Part shown: piece after piece, positions 30,369 to 40,371 of the stretch
How the letters are laid out: each line of letters opens with the position of its first letter
Numbering within the stretch: position 1 is the stretch's first letter
IMG/VR virus record: IMGVR_UViG_3300027794_000004
Strand: one strand, 5' to 3'
Length of the DNA: 64,000 bases
Source: a virus
Notes under the pieces: generated by a model
Database searches by the model: none
Told to the model about the DNA's origin: nothing
Seen by the model: the letters and a program-made list of their open reading frames with translations, nothing else
Position numbers and translations under genes: made by a program

Positions 30369-31173
30369 TAGTGTCCGCGTTCTTTTTACCTGATTTAATT
30401 TGCTTGGCTTCGCGTTCTATTGTGTTTACTATTGTTTGGATTTCCGCAATCATTAAGTCTTCTGTTATTTCATTCTTGTCAAGTTTTTGAATTTCATTGA
30501 AAGTTTTATAGAATCTTGTAATTCTAGCTACCATTTGATTTGATAACATATACTTTCCTGTATCTTTTACTGTTTCTCCTCCTTTTTTTCCAATAATAGT
30601 TTTAATCACTTTTCGAATGTAACCTTTATCTAAAAAATGCTTAAAAATAGCCACTTGCTTCTCTAATTGAAGACTTGCTATATAATTAAACTCTTCTCTT
30701 GTAAAAGGTCTGTTATCGTAGAAAAATAAGGCTAATTTTAAATCACGAGATGTCATTCCAAACTTAATACCACAATATCTAAGAACTATTTGTAAATACT
30801 TTAATTCGTAAAACTCTCGCTGATTAACTTGTGAAAGTTCTTGTGATGAAAAGTAATGTCTTAGTTTTAACTTCCTTGCTTCTTCTTTTCTTTTTCTGAG
30901 TTGCCCTGAAAAGCTATTATCGATTATCGCTTGGTCTTCAGGAGTAAGTACTCTATAGTTTTTAGTTCGAATAACATACTGCTCATGAGTTTCTCCTTCG
31001 CGTACTTTTAAAAACTCTTCTCTTTTGTCTAATTGGTATTTGCTTAATCCGGTTTCTACGTTAGAATGTTTTTTTCTAACCAATACCTCGTGCTTTTTAC
31101 CATTTTTTAACTTCATTCGCCTTTTACCTGGTCCGCGAACTTTCTTTTTAGGTTTTTCTTCTTCGTTTTCCAT
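30346..31173 (-). CDS. Basic protein, possible winged-helix regulator
   Basis: C-terminal half LKYLQIV..GMTSRDLKLALFFYD..FT..F..FLDKGYI..KYMLS resembles a wHTH. Confidence 0.45.
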   Translation of the reverse strand: MENEEEKPKKKVRGPGKRRMKLKNGKKHEVLVRKKHSNVETGLSKYQLDKREEFLKVREGETHEQYVIRTKNYRVLTPEDQAIIDNSFSGQLRKRKEEARKLKLRHYFSSQELSQVNQREFYELKYLQIVLRYCGIKFGMTSRDLKLALFFYDNRPFTREEFNYIASLQLEKQVAIFKHFLDKGYIRKVIKTIIGKKGGETVKDTGKYMLSNQMVARITRFYKTFNEIQKLDKNEITEDLMIAEIQTIVNTIEREAKQIKSGKKNADTIVPTDNN

Positions 31174-31174
31174 A

Positions 31175-31432
31175 CTAATTCAATTTGAATGTTAAACGCT
31201 CTTGGATTTTTGCTAAAACTACCTCGTATGGTTCCGCTACAATATATTCGATTCCTCCAGAAACAATTTCACAATAAGAATCAGATTTTATTTGTCTAAC
31301 ACAATCAATATTAAAAAAACCTATTGTTTGCAATTCAAAATCTTCATCAGGAATATCTATTCCAATTTCCATTGCTTTTATTTTCTCAGGGTCGTCTGTG
31401 AAGAAAACTTTTAATTCCAATACGTTTATCAT
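31175..31432 (-). CDS. Hypothetical protein
   Basis: ORF in operon. Confidence 0.55.
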   Translation of the reverse strand: MINVLELKVFFTDDPEKIKAMEIGIDIPDEDFELQTIGFFNIDCVRQIKSDSYCEIVSGGIEYIVAEPYEVVLAKIQERLTFKLN

Positions 31433-31436
31433 ATAG

Positions 31437-31724
31437 TTATTTTTTAGCAGTTAATCTTTCGTAAAATTCTTCAACACTTATATTTTCAACCTTTCCGAAC
31501 TCAAGTAACCAACAGAAATGTTCTATATCACAATGACCATCTTCATCAACCGGAAACCAAATTCTCAACAAATCAATTATCTTTTTGTACAAGTTTTCAT
31601 TGTCATACAAATTACAATCTTCTGTACTGAAAATTTTACCAATGCTTTCTGAATGCTCTTTGTCTTTTTCGTATTGGTAGCGCATTGCTTCAATAGCTTC
31701 TATAAAAGTTTGTTTTTCGATCAT
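31437..31724 (-). CDS. Hypothetical protein
   Basis: ORF in operon (DIEHFCWLLEFGK). Confidence 0.55.
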   Translation of the reverse strand: MIEKQTFIEAIEAMRYQYEKDKEHSESIGKIFSTEDCNLYDNENLYKKIIDLLRIWFPVDEDGHCDIEHFCWLLEFGKVENISVEEFYERLTAKK

Positions 31725-31813
31725 TTGATTTAATTTTTATCAAAACTACTGAATTATAGTTTATTGTGCAAATTGATTGTTTTTATAGATGTGAAACTTT
31801 TGATAGATTTTGT

Positions 31814-32419
31814 CTATGATTTCTTAATCCTTCTTATTATCATACATTTCTGGATAATATAATAAAGTATTATATCATTCATTTTCTCTTCAACCAATTC
31901 AATTTTCGGGAGTTTGTCTTGTTCTATGTCGTTTAGCATATCTTGGTAACTCACCAAATGTTTCAAAAGGAATCCTTGTAAAACTTTCTCTGGAATTTCA
32001 CCGCTTATTTGTGAACCAATATTAAAATTATGAAATGGATCTGAATTTCTTCTGTATTCCTTACCTTTTACCAAAAGTAGCTGCTGAATCTTTTGAAGAG
32101 TAGATTGCACTTCCATATCAAAGTCTAATTCCAAATCTGACTGAAAGTTTAACTTATTTTTGTGTTCAATTTCACCTTTCTCTATTACGTTATGAGAATC
32201 TTCATTTTCGCCTTTTTTTTCAAGGTCTGACACTAACATAAAATGATTTTCAATGTCTTCTAAATATAATTCGTGAGAATATCCACCATGATTTTTTTGT
32301 GTTAAATACACATTGTTTTTACAAGTAAATGTGTAAGTATTGTTTTTTTTAAAACATAAATTACCATCAAAATTAATATAATCAGATGTGCATATAAATT
32401 TGTGTTCTTTATTTTTCAT
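31814..32419 (-). CDS. Protein with C-terminal nucleotide-modification-associated/dNTPase-like helical domain
   Basis: LLLVKGKEYRRNSDPFHNF...KHLVS...EEKMNDIILY. Confidence 0.5.
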   Translation of the reverse strand: MKNKEHKFICTSDYINFDGNLCFKKNNTYTFTCKNNVYLTQKNHGGYSHELYLEDIENHFMLVSDLEKKGENEDSHNVIEKGEIEHKNKLNFQSDLELDFDMEVQSTLQKIQQLLLVKGKEYRRNSDPFHNFNIGSQISGEIPEKVLQGFLLKHLVSYQDMLNDIEQDKLPKIELVEEKMNDIILYYIIQKCMIIRRIKKS

Positions 32420-32689
32420 TTTTATTAAGTTTTTGGTTGTAGTAATCAGTTAAAATTTTAGCTTGCCTGTCGTTTAAATCGAATATTCGAATAATAATGC
32501 GAACATCGTGTGTTTTTTCGATGGAATAGTAAGTTAAATTTGATTTTTCTGTCAACAATTCTTGCTTAAACTATCCATTATAGTCAAAAATATCACTTTC
32601 TCCTATTCCGATTACGTGATCACCATTATACATTATAGTCATTTGGTTCCCATCGTATATTTTATCTATTAAGTATTGTAAACAATTCA

Positions 32690-32908
32690 TCACTTTTCGT
32701 ATTTCATTAAAATTGTTTGAGCTAACTCAATGGCATCTTCTTTCGAAATTTCTGTATGCAGCATTAGTCTGTCATTTTCATCCATTAAATTAATCAAAAC
32801 AGCTTTTTCCTGGAAGCAGAAATTTACATTTTGGTTTTCTTTCGGAGGTTTTGCGTAATATTCAGTAACCTCACATTCTAAAAATAATTTGCTCATGGTT
32901 TGTTTCAT
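32690..32908 (-). CDS. Hypothetical protein
   Basis: ORF track; ISKEDAIELA motif. Confidence 0.5.
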   Translation of the reverse strand: MKQTMSKLFLECEVTEYYAKPPKENQNVNFCFQEKAVLINLMDENDRLMLHTEISKEDAIELAQTILMKYEK

Positions 32909-32973
32909 TTAAGTTTATCAAATTTGACTTGTCGTGCGGTAGTTTACACTTCTATTACCGCGTTAGCGGTCGG

Positions 32974-33429
32974 TTATTTTTTCTCAAATAGATATTCTCT
33001 AACATAACTAATCGCTTGAACTATATTTTCAAATTTTACAGCTATATATCTATCTCCTTCCTTTTCCTTCACATAGAAAAACTTTTTTTCAATATCAGTA
33101 TAAATATCATGCCCTTTCTCATTATGACCTGTTACTTTACAACCAAAAGGTAGAGATGGTAATTTCTCTATAAAATCTTCGTAGTCGTCTAATTCATCTA
33201 CAACCACTTGTGGTTCGATTTTTTTTGGATGTTTTACTTCTTTGTTTACCTTTTCAGTTTTTTGAGTTCCAGAATCTTTTACATCTATCGAAACGTGTTT
33301 TGGATCATGATACTTTTTCAATAACTCATCAATCTCTTTGATAATCTTTTCCTTTTTGCTCTCAGGAACTCTAAAGTTTATCTGGGTAGTCTTTTCTCCA
33401 TAAATAAGCAATACTCTTCTCTTTGCCAT
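32974..33429 (-). CDS. Protein with N-terminal ribbon-helix-helix-like domain
   Basis: YGEKTTQINFRVPESKKEKIIKEIDELLKKY; promoter caaatgta (tacatttg on -) at 33539-46. Confidence 0.5.
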   Translation of the reverse strand: MAKRRVLLIYGEKTTQINFRVPESKKEKIIKEIDELLKKYHDPKHVSIDVKDSGTQKTEKVNKEVKHPKKIEPQVVVDELDDYEDFIEKLPSLPFGCKVTGHNEKGHDIYTDIEKKFFYVKEKEGDRYIAVKFENIVQAISYVREYLFEKK

Positions 33430-34851
33430 AATTAATTGTTTTTAATGTAACGTTTATAACTTCCTTATACTATACACCTATAATACATACCAAAAACATT
33501 GTTTTCTTTATAATACCACGTGTAACGTATTAATAGTACAAATGTAATGAATGCGTAACGATTATACAAGTGTTTTACTATTTATTTCCTAAATATTACA
33601 CATAACTACATTTTAGCTTAAATAAGACCTTATCTTTTATCAAGATATATAAATGTACTTGAAATGGGTTATCGTTTAAAATAGATATGTTTCTGTTAGC
33701 GAAATAATGCTTTAGTAATGTTTTTTATAATCAATAAAACAATAAACCAACAACCTTATATAAAACATTATGTAAAATAGAAATCGTAATGTGCTAGTTT
33801 TTCAAATATTTAGGGAGAAAGGTTGAGAGGTTGGGTAATAGGTATGTATTCCAGTATGCGCCTCTAGATCCTAAACGCTTTTTTTTCTTGGGGTGGGTCT
33901 TCGTTTTGGTTTTAGTTTTTGAAATGTTTTAGCTTTTTATATAGTGTTTTCAATGATTTACGATTGAAGCAATTAGTTCTTTTACGTCTGGAACCTGCAA
34001 CCGTTTTACGAATGTTAATCATAGTATGATTAACATTTTTGAGTTATAAAACCAATGTTTATAAGGCTTTACAAGGTATTAATATCTTTTTACTCCGATA
34101 TTATATTAAAATCCATTATTATAAACCTTTGTAAAGTACTGATTTTATTAGCCTTTGAGTTGTTAACGTTGTGTAATATATCAGTAAATTCTATTTTACA
34201 TAATAAAATTATACGATTTATAAGTAATTGATAATTAAGCAGTTAATATGCTATATAATAATGATTAGTTATTAAATTGAATGTAAGAGTATTAAAAAAT
34301 AAGTATTGCATTTAGTTTTTTTTTGTTTTGGTGTTTATGTTTGGTTTGGTGTTGTTATTGTGTTGGGTGTTTTTCCTCTCTTTGTGAAAGTTTCAACGAA
34401 ATTTGAAGTAAGTATATTTTAATTCGGTTTCAATTGATTAAAACGTTTTAAAATGCGTCAATGATTAAACGCTTGATTTTATAGCTTTTTACGTTTTACC
34501 TGGAATTGATCCGGAATGGTCCGGAGGTGTGAAGATCTTTTTTTTTGCTTGTTTGTTTCTTTCTCTTGGGTTTCCTTATTGTGAAATTTTAAGCAACTTT
34601 TTAAACTGCTGTAAATTCAGTATTTTACAACTTTATTTCATGGTCCAAATGTTAAAATTTGTTAAAATTCAAATTATTTTTACTTTTTTTTAGTGTTAAT
34701 TTCCTTTGTAATCCCTTATAAATAGGAATATATAAGTTTTATCTATAGTAATTATTTACTACTATTGTTTTACTCGATAGGTTTATATAGTATTTGTTTA
34801 CTACATTTGTAAAAGAAAATTAAACGAATCACTAATTTAATACTTATTATC
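33430..34851. other. Large non-coding strand-switch region (candidate genome terminus / early control region)
   Basis: No ORF >=60 aa in 1.4 kb; divergent transcription; G/T-skewed tracts; ggggtggg at ~33889; tacatttg promoter at 34802-09. Confidence 0.6.
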
Positions 34852-35325
34852 ATGAAACTGTTAAATAATAATTTAGAAGTAATTAGCATAACACGTCAAA
34901 ATATTTTTGATGCTGATTTTGTGTGTGCTTGTGATAATTGCGGAAGACCTATCGTAAACATCGCAACGGTTAAAGACGTAAACACAAAAGAAGTTTTTAA
35001 CATTGGTTTAGATTGTAAAAAAACTTTAATCGATAAAAAATTAATCGATAAAATGTTACTATCTGAAGACTTTACTGCAAAATACAACGTTAAAGAATAT
35101 AAAAAAGACTTGGCACAAGTTAATAAATTTTTACTTTACGCATCACAAACTGAAAAATACAAACTAGAATTTGAAGGTTTTGAGGTTAAAGTAGTAGACA
35201 AAACAAAAGAAGTTTTTGAAGGTACTGGAATTTATGGCGCTTTTATAGATTATTTCCCTACTGGTTACCTTCAAAAAATAGGTTTAGGAGAATTTACTCA
35301 ACAACTTTTTAAAAATAGAAACTAA
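34852..35325 (+). CDS. Early protein with Cys motifs (Zn finger-like)
   Basis: CACDNCGRPI...IGLDCKK. Confidence 0.6.
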   Translation: MKLLNNNLEVISITRQNIFDADFVCACDNCGRPIVNIATVKDVNTKEVFNIGLDCKKTLIDKKLIDKMLLSEDFTAKYNVKEYKKDLAQVNKFLLYASQTEKYKLEFEGFEVKVVDKTKEVFEGTGIYGAFIDYFPTGYLQKIGLGEFTQQLFKNRN

Positions 35326-35374
35326 TCAATCAATTTAAACAAGTTTGCGGAACTTATAAAAACCGCTTAATATT

Positions 35375-35758
35375 ATGAAAACTCAATTAGAAAAAGCTAT
35401 TTTAAACCAAATCGGAGTAAGTAAAAAAGAATTTACTAAAAACGTAACAGATTACCAAAACGCTAAAAATGGAATACCTGGATTTACTTACTATTCAGAT
35501 ACTCATAAATTCGCTTTAAAAAATCAATCTTTAATCATTGAATTATTAGAGGAATGCGCAGAAGAACAAGGAACAGAAGTTTTAGAAATGGTTTTAAGTT
35601 TTGGCATTTTTAGAAACGGAGCAGATAAAGACGAGAAAAAAGATATTTATAAATTCTTAGGAGAAAATAAAAATACTAATTCTTACGAAACTAACAGCGT
35701 TTTAAATGTTATGGCTTGGTTTTGTGTTGAGCATTTAGCGTTTTTATTAGATAATTAA
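35375..35758 (+). CDS. Early hypothetical protein
   Basis: GIPGFTYYSDTHKF...NVMAWFCVEH, a recurring phage early-gene pattern. Confidence 0.6.
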   Translation: MKTQLEKAILNQIGVSKKEFTKNVTDYQNAKNGIPGFTYYSDTHKFALKNQSLIIELLEECAEEQGTEVLEMVLSFGIFRNGADKDEKKDIYKFLGENKNTNSYETNSVLNVMAWFCVEHLAFLLDN

Positions 35759-35836
35759 CTTTTAACCTTTCCCCTTCTGAATTGACAGCGTAGCTATTTA
35801 CGTGAAACTTTTACTAAAACATTAAATTTATACATC

Positions 35837-36166
35837 ATGGAAAATCAAAAACAAATTACAAAAAATAATAAATTAATAGCGGAGTTTATGAACTATACTA
35901 TTAGAGAAAATAACAAAATAACAATTCCAAATATAGGAACGTTTCCAATACAAGATATATTTAAAAAAATTAAAAATGATTGGAATTGGTTAATGGAAGT
36001 AGTAGAAAAGATTGAGAGTTTAGGGGTAGTTGTAGAAATACGTGAAAATGTATGCTATATAGAAACAACACCACAAGACTACTTTTCAGAACTCGAAACA
36101 ACAAAAATCGAAGCCGTTTACAACGCTTGTATAGAGTTTATTAAATGGTACAACGAACAAAAATAA
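35837..36166 (+). CDS. Early hypothetical protein (paralog of 38418-38813)
   Basis: NNKLIAEF / DWNWLMEVVEK / AVYNACI.FI.WYNEQK blocks. Confidence 0.7.
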   Translation: MENQKQITKNNKLIAEFMNYTIRENNKITIPNIGTFPIQDIFKKIKNDWNWLMEVVEKIESLGVVVEIRENVCYIETTPQDYFSELETTKIEAVYNACIEFIKWYNEQK

Positions 36167-36201
36167 GTAAAACTTTTAACAACTTTTAAAACTTTAAAAT
36201 C

Positions 36202-36387
36202 ATGCCTTACGAACTTTGGGAATACATTTTTAAAATTTCAGAAGCTGAGATCTTAAGCGAAATAATACAGGAGCAGCGCGAAAAATTAGAATATAGTTTT
36301 AATTCAAAAGAAATAGAAACTTACAAAAAAAATCTAATTGAAGCCGAAGCGATAAACAAAAAACGATTTTTAACAATACTAAATTAA
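36202..36387 (+). CDS. Small early hypothetical protein
   Basis: ORF with A-rich translation start. Confidence 0.5.
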   Translation: MPYELWEYIFKISEAEILSEIIQEQREKLEYSFNSKEIETYKKNLIEAEAINKKRFLTILN

Positions 36388-36392
36388 TAAAT

Positions 36393-36878
36393 CGTTCCCT
36401 CGCTTTGCGAAGGCGGGGATTAAAATTACTAAACTTTAAATATAGCACAAATGATTGATAATAGCACAAAACTTGAAACAAGCACCGAAGCCACGCTTTT
36501 GCAAAACGGCTGTTGTGCGAAGTTTTTAATTAAACAAAGAAAAGAAATATTTGTAAAAAAAGTTTCTGAATTATTAAGTGGTATTTTATATGAAAAGTCG
36601 AGAGTTGCATATGATATTCATTCAGATAATTTCACGATGTTTATTTATTTTGGCAAAAGAAATACTAATTGTTTAGATGCTTTTTTTACAGGAAAATCAA
36701 ATTATTACTTTGGTTCAATGGATGAAAAAGAAATAAAAGAAGAAATGAATTTTCAAGAGGAATATTTAAAAAGTGAATGTCAAAGGCTATCTAAATTTAT
36801 GATAGAAGATTTAATCTTTCACTTTGGAAATGAATATACTAAATATGTCAAGTTGCGTTGTTTTTAAATTTCGCACAA
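36393..36878 (+). mobile_element. Solo degenerate gene cassette (hairpin 36390-36518 plus ORF)
   Basis: aatc-gttcc-ctcg-C-tttgcgaaggcg...cgcttttgcaaa-A-cggc-t-GTTGTGCGAAGTTT; matching end AAATTTCGCACAA at 36866-78. Confidence 0.7.
36451..36867 (+). CDS. Cassette-borne hypothetical protein starting inside the hairpin loop
   Basis: ATG in loop; reads through the right arm (...ATLLQNGCCAK). Confidence 0.6.
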   Translation: MIDNSTKLETSTEATLLQNGCCAKFLIKQRKEIFVKKVSELLSGILYEKSRVAYDIHSDNFTMFIYFGKRNTNCLDAFFTGKSNYYFGSMDEKEIKEEMNFQEEYLKSECQRLSKFMIEDLIFHFGNEYTKYVKLRCF

Positions 36879-37314
36879 AATGAAAATATTATTGAAACTT
36901 TTACAGAAATTAGCACCAAAAAAACAAGTCAAACAGAGCATTTTAGCTTATAAATTATAAACGAATGAAAAATTTAAACCCTTATCAAGTTTTTTTATTG
37001 GGAATGATAACAGCAACAATAATTTGCATTTTATTAACTATTTTAATCCTTTGGTTATGTATCTAGAATTTAACAAAACAGGGCTAGTGTCGGAGCTTCA
37101 ACACACAAAGCAAAAAGCCACTACAAAAGAAGTCTTAAAAGCCAATTTGTTTTATGATTGGTTCAGATTGTTGGGAGGTAATTTGACACACTTTAACGCT
37201 GAAAATATTATAAATTCATGTAGCATACATCGTTAAAATTTTCAAGCTTCAAAGCTAATCCAGAAGACACAAAAAAACGTTTAAATCATAAATTCAATTT
37301 TAATTTATAGTATC

Positions 37315-37545
37315 ATGAAAAAATTTGAACAACAAAAAGAATCGCTTTTAAAACTTTTAAGAGTTTTCGATAAAGAACAACGCTATTTTATAACAACAGA
37401 CCAAATCACGGGAAAACGTTTTGCAGTCGCTCAATTTGGAGAACCTGGACAAGTTAACATAAAAAGTAACTTCATGACTTTTAAAGAAATGGAATGTTTT
37501 CTTTTTGGGATTAACGCAGTAAAAAACGGAACTATTAACTTTTAA
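37315..37545 (+). CDS. Early hypothetical protein
   Basis: ORF with aatttatagtatcATG start. Confidence 0.6.
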   Translation: MKKFEQQKESLLKLLRVFDKEQRYFITTDQITGKRFAVAQFGEPGQVNIKSNFMTFKEMECFLFGINAVKNGTINF

Positions 37546-37556
37546 TTTATAGCATC

Positions 37557-37763
37557 ATGAAAAATCTAGCAACAAAAACAAGAATATCGGGAAGAAACCC
37601 ACAATACAAAGAAAACTTAAATAGTGTAGTTTCTTTTTTAAGACACCAAGAAGATAGAATCGAAGTGAAAAACGGAGAAGTAGTAAATATTGATATTTAC
37701 GAAAACGGAACTTTGATTTTTTCAGGAGATAAAGAACAATTTTACAACCAACTAAAAAAATAA
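37557..37763 (+). CDS. Early hypothetical protein
   Basis: ORF with aatttatagcatcATG start. Confidence 0.6.
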   Translation: MKNLATKTRISGRNPQYKENLNSVVSFLRHQEDRIEVKNGEVVNIDIYENGTLIFSGDKEQFYNQLKK

Positions 37764-37766
37764 GAC

Positions 37767-38405
37767 ATGGAAATTTTAAACACACCTTTTAGACACAAAA
37801 ATTGGTTCGTTAAACTGAACAAAGAAACACAAAAATACGAGCCATACACAACAAAAAAAGAAGCATTGCAATACTTTGCATCATGCGGAGATTTTCACAA
37901 CGACAACGGAGTATTAAGATACTCAGGAAAAGAAAAAGTAAGCTACAGAATGAACCAAAAAGAAATTGAGTATTTTAACCAACTTTTGATCCAAAAAGAA
38001 GAAGCGAAGCAAGAAGCAAAAAAATACATTGACACGCTTAAAGTTTTAGTTTCTGAAGACAATAAAAAAGTAGAAAAAAACTTTTTGTTTAAAAATTGTA
38101 TGGTTTATGTTGCTGTTTATTTTAATTCTGAATACACAACAACTCAGGTTAATTTTATTGATTATGCAAAAATGCAAGAAGGAGATTTAAAAGAAACTTT
38201 AAAAAGACTTTACGAAGAAGCAAAAACGCCATTCAAAGAAACAACGGACCAGGAAGAAGTAAAAAAACTAATTAACATGTTTTTAGACTGGAAAAATAAT
38301 TTCTTAACCGTTGGCAGGTTCGCTGAATATTACAGCCTTACAATTGACAAGGCAAACGAAATAATAAACAAAGGAAGACAACTAAACGAAATATCTACTA
38401 ATTAA
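37767..38405 (+). CDS. Early hypothetical protein
   Basis: C-terminal FLDWKNNFLTVGRFAEYYSL motif. Confidence 0.6.
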   Translation: MEILNTPFRHKNWFVKLNKETQKYEPYTTKKEALQYFASCGDFHNDNGVLRYSGKEKVSYRMNQKEIEYFNQLLIQKEEAKQEAKKYIDTLKVLVSEDNKKVEKNFLFKNCMVYVAVYFNSEYTTTQVNFIDYAKMQEGDLKETLKRLYEEAKTPFKETTDQEEVKKLINMFLDWKNNFLTVGRFAEYYSLTIDKANEIINKGRQLNEISTN

Positions 38406-38417
38406 AACAAAAACATT

Positions 38418-38813
38418 ATGAAAAATATCACAGAAAACAATAAACTAATAGCGGAGTTTTTAAATTTTAAAAGCACAAATAAATGCGTTAGAAGTGAAAC
38501 AGGTAGATACTATGATTTTTACGCAAACCCAAAATTTAGTTGCATAAAAGAACAGGAAATACAAATCGAATCCGAAAACGGTTTTGGATTAGTAGAACAA
38601 GATTTTTTATTTGTTGAGGATTTAAAATTTCATTCAGATTGGAATTGGTTAATGGAAGTAGTAGAAAAGTGCTTAATAGGAGAAGCAGAACACAGCCAAG
38701 ATGAAGCAAAAAAAGCTATATCTGAAATTTACGAAAGCCTATGTAGTATTAATATTTCAGCCGTTTACAATGCTTGCATATCTTTTATTGAATGGTATAA
38801 CGAACAAAAATAA
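38418..38813 (+). CDS. Early hypothetical protein (paralog of 35837-36166)
   Basis: Same three conserved blocks with different linkers. Confidence 0.7.
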   Translation: MKNITENNKLIAEFLNFKSTNKCVRSETGRYYDFYANPKFSCIKEQEIQIESENGFGLVEQDFLFVEDLKFHSDWNWLMEVVEKCLIGEAEHSQDEAKKAISEIYESLCSINISAVYNACISFIEWYNEQK

Positions 38814-38819
38814 AACATC

Positions 38820-39029
38820 ATGAAAAGTCCAATTATAAAAATAGCAAAAGCGTTACAAAGTAACAAAAGAATAGTAATGGTTCAACTAATCCAGGAACTA
38901 AGCGGAGAAGAGTTTGAAAATTTAGAAGACGTTTGGAGCCTTGCCGAAGAAACAAAGCAACAACTAAGAAACCGACTTTATATGTTAGTTGATTATTACG
39001 AAACAGAACAGAACGAAGAAAACAACTAA
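38820..39029 (+). CDS. Early hypothetical protein
   Basis: ORF track; operon packing. Confidence 0.55.
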   Translation: MKSPIIKIAKALQSNKRIVMVQLIQELSGEEFENLEDVWSLAEETKQQLRNRLYMLVDYYETEQNEENN

Positions 39030-39041
39030 AACTTTCAAAGA

Positions 39042-39308
39042 ATGAAAACATACGAAAGCAAAATGAACTTCAGCAAAAAGCGAATAGAAGAATCAAAGTA
39101 CATCACTATACAAAGCGTTATCGGCTTCAATCATCATGACTTCTCTAAAAGAATTTTAGAAGAACTAGAGTTTATCGGATTAGAGCAAATAGAACTTGCA
39201 AAAAGTCTTTATATGACACAAGATAGAATATCTAGATTACTTCATAATAGAACACAATATACAAGCGATGAAATTTTTAGGATTTCTAAACGTCTTGGAT
39301 TTTTATAA
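39042..39308 (+). CDS. XRE/Cro-like HTH protein
   Basis: LEQIELAKSLYMTQDRISRLLHN...EIFRISKRLG. Confidence 0.7.
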   Translation: MKTYESKMNFSKKRIEESKYITIQSVIGFNHHDFSKRILEELEFIGLEQIELAKSLYMTQDRISRLLHNRTQYTSDEIFRISKRLGFL

Positions 39309-39334
39309 GTGAAAGTTTAACTCAAATTTGAAAC

Positions 39335-39604
39335 ATGCACCACTTAGACACAGACAAACTATACAGAGATATTCGAGTAAAACTTAACAAAGTAGATAAA
39401 TCACAAGACTATCTTGCTGCTAAAATAAAAACAAGCCGAAGAACTATTTGGAAAGTTGGTAAAGGTTATGTAATCGCATTAGATACATTCTTCAAACTTT
39501 GCCATTGGCTAGATGAAGAACCGAGCAAGTACATTGTAAAACTAACAAAAAAAGAATATGCCGAGAAAAAGCGACTCAATACCGATAAACAACAAAGCTC
39601 TTGA
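39335..39604 (+). CDS. XRE-like HTH protein
   Basis: SQDYLAAKIKTSRRTIWKVGKG..IALDTFFKLCHWLD. Confidence 0.75.
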   Translation: MHHLDTDKLYRDIRVKLNKVDKSQDYLAAKIKTSRRTIWKVGKGYVIALDTFFKLCHWLDEEPSKYIVKLTKKEYAEKKRLNTDKQQSS

Positions 39605-39902
39605 CAAAAGAGTAAAAGTTTCAGATGACACCAAAGAATTAATTCAATGGTTACACGAAGAAGAAAAAGTATCAATGCGTAAACTCGCTATACAATTTAG
39701 CGTTGATCGAAAAACAATTGCAAACATTGTTTATCCTGAAAGATACCAAAAACAGCTCCAGGAGAGAAAAGAAAACAAAGTTCATCTAAAGTATTACGAC
39801 AAAGAAAAACATCGCGAATACATGAAAGAACATCGGGACCACAAAAAAGAATTGTACAACCAAAAACTAATCGGAAATGAAGAAAATCAAAATAAATCCT
39901 AA
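39558..39902 (+). CDS. HTH DNA-binding protein
   Basis: SMRKLAIQFSVDRKTIANIV. Confidence 0.65.
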   Translation: MPRKSDSIPINNKALDKRVKVSDDTKELIQWLHEEEKVSMRKLAIQFSVDRKTIANIVYPERYQKQLQERKENKVHLKYYDKEKHREYMKEHRDHKKELYNQKLIGNEENQNKS

Positions 39903-39978
39903 GTACGAAATCACAATTTACCGAATCATTAACGCAATTATTTTAATTGCATTGTATAACTTATTATTCTGATAAATC

Positions 39979-40242
39979 ATGGAAAACACAAGCAAAAAAG
40001 CTACTAAAAACAAAAGTAAGCTATCATTTACCGAAAAAAAAACAATGAGAAATCTTGGTGAATACATAAATCAAGAAAGAAGAATCCAAAATCTTTCTCT
40101 TGAAGAATTATCAATAAAATCTTTTCAATCACCTCATCAAAAGAAAGCAATTTCTCTTATTGAAAGAGGATTAAGCGAAGAAGTTCAGTTTATTACGATA
40201 GCGAGAATCTTTAATGGTCTTGGATTAGATTTAGGAATATAA
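39979..40242 (+). CDS. XRE-family HTH regulator
   Basis: LGEYINQERRIQNLSLEELS...ISLIERG...TIARIFNGLG. Confidence 0.75.
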   Translation: MENTSKKATKNKSKLSFTEKKTMRNLGEYINQERRIQNLSLEELSIKSFQSPHQKKAISLIERGLSEEVQFITIARIFNGLGLDLGI

Positions 40243-40273
40243 TAAAAAACATTAATGTTATTACTTTTTTTCG

Positions 40274-40367
40274 TATATTTGTTTTTATAGTCTGGTCGCT
40301 ATTAATAAAAAATAACTAAACTCCTACGAATGATAAGACGACCAGCTTTGATTTCGTAGGGTTTTTT
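40274..40367 (+). ncRNA. Promoter plus kissing-loop leader RNA (copy B)
   Basis: tatatttg 40274-81; atag-TCTGGTCG-ctat; CGACCAG (40339-45) inside cctacgaa...ttcgtagg-gtttttt. Confidence 0.6.
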
Positions 40368-40371
40368 AATT

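Noticed and set aside
32925..32975. ccgaccgcTAAC followed by a small gcggta...taccgc hairpin on the minus strand, resembling a cassette end
   Set aside because: No matching GTTAGCGG start found upstream and no consensus stem; at most a vestige
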